Of a stretch of DNA of 64,000 nucleotides, positions 35,911 through 43,845 are shown piece by piece. Position numbers and translations under genes: made by a program. Under the pieces are notes generated by a model. That model did no database searches. It was not told where the DNA came from and saw only the letters and a program-made list of their open reading frames with translations. The first letter of the stretch is position 1. Every line of letters starts with the position of its first letter. Location of the stretch: the sequence record OQ722176.1; one strand, given 5' to 3'.

Positions 35911-37404
35911 ATGCTAAATCTTACTCAAAATATCGCAATCGCAACTGACAGCTACAAAGTTTCACACTGGTCTCAATTCCCTCGTGGTCTAGAGTACAGC
36001 CAATATTATGTTGAAAGCCGGGGTGGCAAGTTCGACAAAATTATGGTCGATGGTATGGCATACATGTGTCGTATTCTCGAAAAAGGTGTTTCAATGAACG
36101 ATGTCAAGCGTGCGAAACGTCTGTTCAAAAAGCACTTCGGTTCAGAAGTCTTCAACGATAAGGGTTGGGACATCATCGTTAACGAACTAAAAGGCAAGCT
36201 GCCAATTAAGATTCGTGCGGTAAAAGAAGGTACTGTAGTACCAGTTAAACACCCTATCTTGACGATTGAAAACACAGATCCACGATTCGGCTGGCTACCT
36301 GGCTATCTTGAAACGTTTATCTTGCGTGCTATTTGGTACCCAACAACTGTAGCAACAATCTCGTTTGAAGTTAAGAAAATCATTCGCCAGTTCATGAACA
36401 TTACGGTTGATGATGAGCTTATCCCTCAAATTGAGCCATTCAAACTTCACGACTTCGGTTCACGTGGTGTATCAAGTGGCGAATCAGCAGCTATTGGCGG
36501 CTCTGCTCACTTGAAAAACTTCTTGGGAACTGACACTGTAGAAGCGTTGATTGCAGTTGAAGAACTATACGCTGAAGACGTTGAAGATTTCATTGCGGGA
36601 TTCTCTATCCCTGCACGTGAACACTCAACAACTACAATCTACAAAGAAGCAGGTGAAGACCTTGCGTTCTTGAACTCTATCGAGCAATGGGGTGCCGGTC
36701 TATACGCTTGCGTAATGGACAGCTATGACTACGAAGCAGCAATGAATCGTGTGTCAACTGGTCGCTTTAAAGAGTTAATCATCAGCAAAGGCGGTACTTT
36801 CGTTGCTCGTCCTGACTCTGGTGTGCCTGTAGATGTCGTAATGAAAGGTCTTGAGATTCTTGGTAAGAACGTTGGCTACACAGTCAACAGCAAAGGTTAC
36901 AAAGTTCTACACCCAAGTTTCCGCATCATTCAAGGCGACGGCGTGAACATCGAAGAAATTCGTCGAATCTTGTCTTACATGGAAAGTAAAGGCTGGTCAG
37001 CAGAAAACATTGCATTCGGTATGGGTGGTGGTTTGCTTCAACAACTAGACCGTGATACTCAACGTTTCGCAATGAAAATGAGTGCTGCGATCATCAATGG
37101 TGAATACGTTAGCGTGTTCAAAATGCCAAAGACTGATCCGACTAAAGCATCAAAAGCGGGATTCTTGGACTTGATTGCAGTTGATGCAGAAAATCCAAAC
37201 CCAGCAGCGCGTGGTTACGTGACGTTCTCTTCTGAAGATTACGAAAATCGCGTACATCCGCAAAGCGTGATGCAAACAATCTTCGAAAATGGTGTAACAG
37301 TTGCTGACTTCTCACTTGAAGAAGCGCGTAAACTGTCTGACGTACAAGCAAATTTCCTCAACGAAGGTGAATGGAAAATTGCTAAAAAGATTGTAACTGC
37401 GTAA
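35911..37404 (+). CDS. nadV: Nicotinamide phosphoribosyltransferase
   Basis: TDSYKVSH, HDFGSRG, IPAREHS, ARPDSG, IIQGDG, FGMGGGLLQ..DRDT. Confidence 0.95.
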   Translation: MLNLTQNIAIATDSYKVSHWSQFPRGLEYSQYYVESRGGKFDKIMVDGMAYMCRILEKGVSMNDVKRAKRLFKKHFGSEVFNDKGWDIIVNELKGKLPIKIRAVKEGTVVPVKHPILTIENTDPRFGWLPGYLETFILRAIWYPTTVATISFEVKKIIRQFMNITVDDELIPQIEPFKLHDFGSRGVSSGESAAIGGSAHLKNFLGTDTVEALIAVEELYAEDVEDFIAGFSIPAREHSTTTIYKEAGEDLAFLNSIEQWGAGLYACVMDSYDYEAAMNRVSTGRFKELIISKGGTFVARPDSGVPVDVVMKGLEILGKNVGYTVNSKGYKVLHPSFRIIQGDGVNIEEIRRILSYMESKGWSAENIAFGMGGGLLQQLDRDTQRFAMKMSAAIINGEYVSVFKMPKTDPTKASKAGFLDLIAVDAENPNPAARGYVTFSSEDYENRVHPQSVMQTIFENGVTVADFSLEEARKLSDVQANFLNEGEWKIAKKIVTA

Positions 37405-37437
37405 AACGTGACATAGATCACTAAAAATCGTAAATTT

Positions 37438-37495
37438 AGGGTTGCTTCGGCAGCCCTTTTTTTGTATTATAGCTACATCGAAACGACATCGACTA
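37438..37495 (+). promoter_or_regulatory. Fused terminator and early promoter
   Basis: AGGGTTGC-TTCG-GCAGCCCT plus T run; -35 TTGCTT (37442), -10 TATTAT (37465); 56/58 identical to 40334. Confidence 0.9.
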
Positions 37496-37511
37496 ACAAA
37501 GAGAGAACATT

Positions 37512-37760
37512 ATGAAAGCAACTATCACTCAAATCAAAAAGAAACTAAACGCTATCGCAGACCGCAGCGGTTACGCTTTTGATAAAAATGCTCCGTTCTA
37601 CTGCAATAAAGGTCGAGTTGACGCTCTACGCGAAGCTATCGAGATTGTTAAAGAAGACGGTGAAGCTAACCCAACTCGTCGCTACGAAATCAGCGATAAG
37701 CAGCTTGTTTCTCTTAACAAATGGGTTAAAGACCTAGAGCACAAATATTGCTGGGGCTAA
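37512..37760 (+). CDS. Hypothetical early protein
   Basis: GAGAGAACATTATG start. Confidence 0.75.
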   Translation: MKATITQIKKKLNAIADRSGYAFDKNAPFYCNKGRVDALREAIEIVKEDGEANPTRRYEISDKQLVSLNKWVKDLEHKYCWG

Positions 37761-37761
37761 T

Positions 37762-38001
37762 ATGTACGCAATTCAAGCAACAAGTCATTTCGTTCAATTC
37801 GTTCTAAAGAGCGTGAGCGTAAATGGCTTTCCAAAATACACGCCAATGTATACGTTCAACTTGGCAATCATAACAACGTTCGCGACTCTTGAAGAATGTG
37901 AAAAGTTCATCGACGAGTACGACCCTGACCCTGAAGCATGTCTGCCATGGCGTGCTTACAAACTAAACGATCTTGAAATCGCTCAATTGGAGACAAAATA
38001 A
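37762..38001 (+). CDS. Hypothetical protein
   Basis: Packed ORF. Confidence 0.65.
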   Translation: MYAIQATSHFVQFVLKSVSVNGFPKYTPMYTFNLAIITTFATLEECEKFIDEYDPDPEACLPWRAYKLNDLEIAQLETK

Positions 38002-39260
38002 TGGGTTCATTTAACACAACTTGCGCAATCACTCGTACACCAATTCAAGAAGGCAGTCTTGCGCGTGTCTTTTTCTTAGAAATGGACGCATTCGCTACGA
38101 ACTATTACGGTCGTCAAGGTCTGTTCAAAAACATCATGATGGGATGTGGTTGCTACCCATGGGATAATTTCTCGATTATCGGCTACCCTTTGCTCGGCAA
38201 ATACGCGGATTATAACAACTATGAGTTCGAAGACTCTGAAATGGCTGAACTGACTCTTGCAGAAATCAACAGCCGTTATGTGCCAAATCGCGTCGCCGAA
38301 GGCAAGACACTCGAAGATTACAACGAATATCATGATTACATGGAAATCGACGAGATCTCAGACATGGCTCAATTGCAAGACATGGAACACAGTGGTTCTC
38401 TTCGTGTGAAGGGTGGTCATGGTAATGAAACTGCGGTCGTGAAAATGGCAATGCACGAAGAAGTGTATCAAATGATGCTTGCTGGTACTAAATCTGAGGG
38501 GTGGGGTGAAGACGCGAAGAAGTACACGTTTGCTGACGACATGAAACGCCTCACAGACAAGTACAATGGCTCTGTATCGGGTTTTGACGCTCTATCTGAG
38601 CAACAACAGAAACGAATGATTGACATGCGTGACGAGCTTTATGCTAAGGCTGACGCAGGTGAGATCAATGAGCGAACAAATGAGCCATATACACGTGAGC
38701 AAGCAGACAAGAGCTTCAATCAAATGGTTGAATGGCTAGCTGAAGACCGTCTCGAACTCGGCGATGAGCGTTCAGATTGGTTTGCGCACAAATCATTCAA
38801 GCGTGATTTGAGAGAAAAGCCTGAAATGGTCGAGAAGATTGCTGAAGCAGTGATTGGTGCTAAGTGGTGCGCACTTTGGATGCAAAACAACAACTACGAA
38901 TTTGCGCCTGTTATGACGTGTGGTCAAGACTACGACACCGCAGAACATGCTAAACGTCTTCGTAAGCTTGCTGACATCATCGAAGCGAAGAAGAACCCAT
39001 ATCACTACGAAGAGCACGTTGAACTTGATGTCGTGCGTACTGAGCGCACAGAACTGTCTCTAAGTAGTCTAAAAGACCGTTTCGCAGATTGGTATGATTC
39101 AGATGACCAAGAATATCAAGATCTCCTGAACGCGATTGAAAGTATCAAAGAGCAATCAAGCTTTACTTTCGGTGACGGTTCTGTGTTTGATAAATTTGTT
39201 AAAGACTACGACGTTCTCCGTGACGTTGAAGAAAATATGCAAATTCATTTCAAAAAATAG
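38001..39260 (+). CDS. Large acidic hypothetical protein
   Basis: MGSFNTTCAITRTPI N-terminus seen in phage hypotheticals; 419 aa. Confidence 0.8.
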   Translation: MGSFNTTCAITRTPIQEGSLARVFFLEMDAFATNYYGRQGLFKNIMMGCGCYPWDNFSIIGYPLLGKYADYNNYEFEDSEMAELTLAEINSRYVPNRVAEGKTLEDYNEYHDYMEIDEISDMAQLQDMEHSGSLRVKGGHGNETAVVKMAMHEEVYQMMLAGTKSEGWGEDAKKYTFADDMKRLTDKYNGSVSGFDALSEQQQKRMIDMRDELYAKADAGEINERTNEPYTREQADKSFNQMVEWLAEDRLELGDERSDWFAHKSFKRDLREKPEMVEKIAEAVIGAKWCALWMQNNNYEFAPVMTCGQDYDTAEHAKRLRKLADIIEAKKNPYHYEEHVELDVVRTERTELSLSSLKDRFADWYDSDDQEYQDLLNAIESIKEQSSFTFGDGSVFDKFVKDYDVLRDVEENMQIHFKK

Positions 39261-39299
39261 TTGACAAGGTAGTTGAGTGGCTGTAATATGTCACTCAAC
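39261..39299 (+). promoter_or_regulatory. Early promoter with inverted repeat around -10
   Basis: TTGACA-17-TAATAT; GTTGAGTG (39272) / CACTCAAC (39292). Confidence 0.8.
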
Positions 39300-39320
39300 G
39301 CCTAACGAGAGAACAATATC

Positions 39321-39581
39321 ATGAAAGACGAAGTAACGCTTCATATTCAGAATCATTGGCTACACCGACGTGCATACTTTGTACTGTTTCATAAACCAAT
39401 GAAATTCAGAAAGAAAGCACTTGAACAGTGGGAAGAAAAGCGCAGCGAATTTTGGTACGTTGTTCAGCGCCTAAATCCTGAGTTTTTTGCTCAATGTCCT
39501 GAAGGCATGCAACCTTACTTGACTTGTGTACCTGCGCCTCGAAATGGTCGCCAATACTTCTACATCAAATTTGAAAAATAA
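39321..39581 (+). CDS. Hypothetical protein
   Basis: GAGAG RBS. Confidence 0.7.
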   Translation: MKDEVTLHIQNHWLHRRAYFVLFHKPMKFRKKALEQWEEKRSEFWYVVQRLNPEFFAQCPEGMQPYLTCVPAPRNGRQYFYIKFEK

Positions 39582-39592
39582 GAGAGAACATC

Positions 39593-40312
39593 ATGAAAAA
39601 ATTAATCGCAATCGCAGCCCTAGCAGCATCAGTAGTTCTAACTGGTTGTACTGACACTATCGACAATGCAGCAACTGATCAGCTTAAAGCTGCTCTACCA
39701 GTGATGTCTCAAACTGAAAAAGACATGCTAAACGTGTTCGCAGCACCAAGCTTCTTGAGTCGCTACGACGATATGTACGCTAACGTAGTCAAACAGCGCG
39801 TACACTTCGGTCAGAAGCCCGTTCCGCGTGCAAATGAAGAAGTGCCTTTCTGTGATGTAATCGACTCTGTAATCGCAGCAGAGCGCGAACATCGTATGGC
39901 AGAGAAAGACTACAGTCTATCAGGTCAGTGGAAAATGAAGTACGGCATCACGCTTCTTGAACAGTGTAATCAAACTGACCGCGCACGAATCAACGCTCAG
40001 ATTGCAAAGGCACAAGCTGAAGCTGAAGCAGCGAAAGACCGTGTAGTCATCGAAGAACAAGAATTCAGCAAGAAAGAAATCAAAGCTGAAAAGATTCTTG
40101 AAGACACAGTTGTAATCAACGAAGACGTTCTTCTATCACCTGAGCTAGTTCGCGAACTGCGTGGTTCAGTATCAGACTGTAATCGTGCTAAAGTTCGATT
40201 GATGAGCGTAGTCGATGCTGGCGAGCAACTAACAACTAAGCACTATGACGAAGTTAAAGGTCTAGTTCTTCAGTGTGAAATGCTAAAGCTAGAAGTTGAA
40301 TTAAACAAATAA
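39593..40312 (+). CDS. Lipoprotein, paralogue 2
   Basis: Lipobox LTGC; PFCDVI, QW..YGI.L.EQC, DCNRAK, C....LEVELNK shared with 26251 gene. Confidence 0.8.
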   Translation: MKKLIAIAALAASVVLTGCTDTIDNAATDQLKAALPVMSQTEKDMLNVFAAPSFLSRYDDMYANVVKQRVHFGQKPVPRANEEVPFCDVIDSVIAAEREHRMAEKDYSLSGQWKMKYGITLLEQCNQTDRARINAQIAKAQAEAEAAKDRVVIEEQEFSKKEIKAEKILEDTVVINEDVLLSPELVRELRGSVSDCNRAKVRLMSVVDAGEQLTTKHYDEVKGLVLQCEMLKLEVELNK

Positions 40313-40333
40313 TGTGATGCGAATCACAATAAA

Positions 40334-40391
40334 AGGGTTGCTTCGGCAGCCCTTTTTGCGTATTATAGCTACATCGAAACGACATCGACTA
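40334..40391 (+). promoter_or_regulatory. Fused terminator and early promoter
   Basis: AAAAGGGTTGC-TTCG-GCAGCCCTTTT; -35 TTGCTT (40338), -10 TATTAT (40361). Confidence 0.9.
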
Positions 40392-40405
40392 CAAGAGAGA
40401 ACATT

Positions 40406-40714
40406 ATGATTATCACAGACTTCCACGCTTTTGAACGCAGCGACATTGACTACAACGAGAACGAGTACTTTTACATTGTAGCTGAACTCCCATGCGGTTT
40501 TCGATTTGCACTTCAAGGCACAAATTTCGGTGATGATGGTGAACGTGCAGCGCGTTTTGCTGATAAAATCAACAAAGCAGGTCGTATTGATACTGATCAT
40601 TGGTCAGAAATCGACCCTTGCTATGGCTCTGAAGCGCATCAACGAATCGGTGATTTTCATCTAATGAGCAAAGACGAACTCGAACACGGTAGAAAGATGG
40701 GTTACTGGTTATAA
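40406..40714 (+). CDS. Hypothetical early protein
   Basis: GAGAGAACATTATG start. Confidence 0.75.
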   Translation: MIITDFHAFERSDIDYNENEYFYIVAELPCGFRFALQGTNFGDDGERAARFADKINKAGRIDTDHWSEIDPCYGSEAHQRIGDFHLMSKDELEHGRKMGYWL

Positions 40715-40739
40715 AAAAAGGGAGCATTTAGCTCCCTTT
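40713..40739. terminator. Terminator between convergent genes
   Basis: AAAGGGAGC-ATTTA-GCTCCCTTT with A7 upstream. Confidence 0.8.
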
Positions 40740-40740
40740 C

Positions 40741-41793
40741 TTATTTCACCATTTTGATTTGAATCTGATTGTCCATGTATTTCATTTTCTTTTCAAATTC
40801 AACGTCGTATTCAGGTCTGTGTTCGTATTCAACTGATAGCATTTGCTTCAAGCATCTAAACAATTCAGCTTTGTAATACCCCTCTTCCATGCCCTTCATT
40901 TGCTCATACTGCGTTTTCATTGCAGCTTTGATGATCTTAGGATCCATGAACTTGATTGACATTTCACGAGGTGCTTTTACTGTACCGAAGTCAACAAACA
41001 CTTGAGCTTTTTCAGCAACTTGAATGAAGTCGTAAATCGTGTCATAACTCATTCGACTTAGAGTGTGGTGCATACAAACGTGCTTGCTGTGTTCTTTCAA
41101 TAGCGGCACATTAGCAAGCATCAAGTCGTGGTCGATATTCTGACGAATGTATTCGTTTCTTTCTTTGCCACCATCACATGAGATTGTGAATACCAAACGG
41201 TCTTTGTACTTTTTGCAGATTGCTAGAATTTTCTTAGCTAATGGCGTGTGAAGTACAGTCCCGTTGGTCAGAATGTAAACTTCAGCTTTTGTTTCTTCCA
41301 TGACTTCAGTTAGAACTTCGACTGTTCGCTTGTCCATGAATGGTTCGCCGCCATACAGAACAACAGTTTCAACACCTTTCGGTATACTGAAATCAAGCTG
41401 TTTGTAATCGTATGTGTCTTCGATGTCGTACAAATCCATGTATGATTTGCTGTTCTTGCCGTAGCACATTCGACACGCTAGGTTACACTTATTCGACATC
41501 AAGATTTGAATCGTTCTTGGGTGTTCTTCGAGTGCTTCATATTCGAAATACTTCTGGTCAGACAGTTCACCGTAGCTCATGCATTCTTTGCAGTACTCTG
41601 GCAGCGTGTCGTAATCAAACATCTTAGCGCGGTGCTCGTTGATGATGTCACTATGCCACCAATCTTCAACGTTTGGAAATGGCTCACTTAATTGTGAGCA
41701 GCAGATATGATAGCCGTCTGGCTTCGCGTCGCGTGTGTTAAAGGGAGAGCCACATAGTGGCTTTTTCCCGTCTTTGAATCCAAATTTGTCCAT
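40741..41793 (-). CDS. Radical SAM protein with N-terminal twitch/SPASM-like Cys domain, 3
   Basis: CGSPF...ICC...WWHS...HR...CKEC then SNKCNLACRMC; GGEP, TNGT, SCDG...YIR. Confidence 0.85.
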   Translation of the reverse strand: MDKFGFKDGKKPLCGSPFNTRDAKPDGYHICCSQLSEPFPNVEDWWHSDIINEHRAKMFDYDTLPEYCKECMSYGELSDQKYFEYEALEEHPRTIQILMSNKCNLACRMCYGKNSKSYMDLYDIEDTYDYKQLDFSIPKGVETVVLYGGEPFMDKRTVEVLTEVMEETKAEVYILTNGTVLHTPLAKKILAICKKYKDRLVFTISCDGGKERNEYIRQNIDHDLMLANVPLLKEHSKHVCMHHTLSRMSYDTIYDFIQVAEKAQVFVDFGTVKAPREMSIKFMDPKIIKAAMKTQYEQMKGMEEGYYKAELFRCLKQMLSVEYEHRPEYDVEFEKKMKYMDNQIQIKMVK

Positions 41794-42065
41794 TAATCCA
41801 AGTCGTCCAGTAGTGATTGAAATTCTTCGTCGCGTTCAGCGTCGATTGTACCAGTCATCAACTCGGTTAGAGTCTTCAATGACTGAATCTCTGGTGGTCG
41901 AGGGCGAAGATCTTCGAGAATGAATATGATTGATTCAAGTGGTAAATCGTTATCGACGATTTCAGGTGGTAGCTTGTGTTTGTAAACGCAATTGTCGCCC
42001 CAATCAATTACTACCGCGTGTTCCCATTTGTCGATTTCTAGTATTTTAAAATTTGGTTTCATCAT
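41793..42065 (-). CDS. Small acidic hypothetical protein
   Basis: ATGA overlap with GT4 stop and TAATG overlap with radical SAM start. Confidence 0.65.
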   Translation of the reverse strand: MMKPNFKILEIDKWEHAVVIDWGDNCVYKHKLPPEIVDNDLPLESIIFILEDLRPRPPEIQSLKTLTELMTGTIDAERDEEFQSLLDDLD

Positions 42066-43063
42066 AAGCCCCAGAGTTCTTTCCAATGTGTTTTAGCATC
42101 TACTCGATACTTCTCAATGTCAAATTGTTGATGTTTTGTTGAGATTGCATTATGAATAATGTCAATCAATGTATCACTGTTTATATCGCCTCGTATTACC
42201 GGGAAAATGAAATCTCGTGTATACGGTGCGTCATGTTGAACAATGCATGGTATGTACTGACACGCTTCAAGTACTGCATATGGCATAATCTCAATGTGAG
42301 ACATGTGCAATAGAACTTTGCTTTTCATCATATGCGCGATTACTCGTTCGCGTCTCTGACAAGTCTCTACAACGCAATCTAAACCCGATGGGACTTTAAT
42401 AGGCTCAGTTGTAAACACTCGAACTTTAAGCCCGCTGTGTGCAAGCACACGCAGCATTTCAGGTATTTGCTTACGCTTGTATGCGCCAGATACGATAATC
42501 ACATCAGATTCTTCAGCAGCGTCTATATCAGCTTGTGTAACTTCGGGTAATTCGAATGGTTCAAACGCTGTTACGTGATTGCCACCGATTACTTCTATTC
42601 CCCATTGAGCAATGCCATTTGATTGAGCTACATTCGTAACCAATGATGTTGACATCATGTGTCGCCATTGAGGTAAGTTGTAAATCTGATTGATGTCCAT
42701 GTATTGTCGATATGAGTCGGGAACAATCAAGTCGCCAAAGTGATGTTGATTATAGCAATGACGTTTTGCTTCTATGCAAGCACGAAGTGCCTCATATGAA
42801 TGCGTGTAAATGATTGCTTCAGAGTCAAGTGCCTTAATGACCATTGCATTTGCTTTATAGTCTTTATACGAGCGTCGAGTCAGTACGAAGTCACATCCAA
42901 AATCCCAGTGTTTCACGTGTGGGCATGATTCATCACCGAGTACGATGACCTTTACATCACAGTTGAGTGATTTCATTAATCGAACGTGGTCTTGAATGAA
43001 TGTATAAATCCCACCGCCAATGCCTAACATAAAGTCCGTCACGACGTAGCGAACTTTTTTCAT
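42062..43063 (-). CDS. GT4-like (GT-B) glycosyltransferase
   Basis: N-terminal GGG..TF...H; C-terminal SKVLLHMS..EIMPYAVLEA (E-x7-E). Confidence 0.75.
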   Translation of the reverse strand: MKKVRYVVTDFMLGIGGGIYTFIQDHVRLMKSLNCDVKVIVLGDESCPHVKHWDFGCDFVLTRRSYKDYKANAMVIKALDSEAIIYTHSYEALRACIEAKRHCYNQHHFGDLIVPDSYRQYMDINQIYNLPQWRHMMSTSLVTNVAQSNGIAQWGIEVIGGNHVTAFEPFELPEVTQADIDAAEESDVIIVSGAYKRKQIPEMLRVLAHSGLKVRVFTTEPIKVPSGLDCVVETCQRRERVIAHMMKSKVLLHMSHIEIMPYAVLEACQYIPCIVQHDAPYTRDFIFPVIRGDINSDTLIDIIHNAISTKHQQFDIEKYRVDAKTHWKELWGL

Positions 43064-43070
43064 AAAAGTG

Positions 43071-43099
43071 TTGACTCCTAGTGTGTTTTTCTGTAGACT
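43071..43099 (+). promoter_or_regulatory. Sigma70-type promoter
   Basis: TTGACT-17-TAGACT. Confidence 0.65.
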
Positions 43100-43131
43100 A
43101 ATTGTATCTCAAGCAGACTGGGAATTAAACA

Positions 43132-43338
43132 ATGCGACTATTATCTCAAGACCTAGTTCGCTTGCGTGTAGAAGAACTACCGTTCGTGAAATTAAGTGTT
43201 GAAACGCAGATAAAAATATGCGATTATCTCAACACGCTCGACGACGAGACAATATACTCGTTTGAGAAACATTCTGAGACGCCGGAAGGCACGCGAAAAA
43301 TATTAAACTTTCTATTGAAGAAAATTGGAGACAAATGA
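43132..43338 (+). CDS. Hypothetical protein
   Basis: GGGA RBS. Confidence 0.65.
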   Translation: MRLLSQDLVRLRVEELPFVKLSVETQIKICDYLNTLDDETIYSFEKHSETPEGTRKILNFLLKKIGDK

Positions 43339-43339
43339 T

Positions 43340-43816
43340 ATGGCATATGAATCAGTATTCAACGGTACTAACCGTTACAAAGTCCTTCGTGAAGGTCGTG
43401 AATACATCAATAAAGTTGCACATCGACATGGTGCTGTAGACAAAGGTATTTACGTCACGATGGACTATCACGTGATTGATCGCATTATGGATCACTCGTT
43501 CCCTGCTCGTGTTTTTGAAATCATCGTTGGTCGTTTGATTAAAAATCACCAAGACGAAATTTTAGAGCTTGCAAATATGCCAGCAGACGAGCGACCGAAG
43601 CACATCAATGTGTACGGCAATAAGCCAGATTCGCCATACATGGTCGGCATTACAATCAACAAAGCACAAACGGGTAAAGTTTATGTGAACTTGAGAACGT
43701 GTTATAAAGAACGCAACAGCAAATACCGTCAACGCATCATCGAAGCCCACAAGATTCGTGTGAAATCTTCTTCAGAAATTGAAGGCAACGAGAGTGAGGT
43801 TGATTTCGATCAATAA
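43340..43816 (+). CDS. Hypothetical protein
   Basis: GGAG RBS; upstream of nrdA. Confidence 0.7.
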   Translation: MAYESVFNGTNRYKVLREGREYINKVAHRHGAVDKGIYVTMDYHVIDRIMDHSFPARVFEIIVGRLIKNHQDEILELANMPADERPKHINVYGNKPDSPYMVGITINKAQTGKVYVNLRTCYKERNSKYRQRIIEAHKIRVKSSSEIEGNESEVDFDQ

Positions 43817-43845
43817 ATAGAAAACAATTAACAAACGAGGGAATT

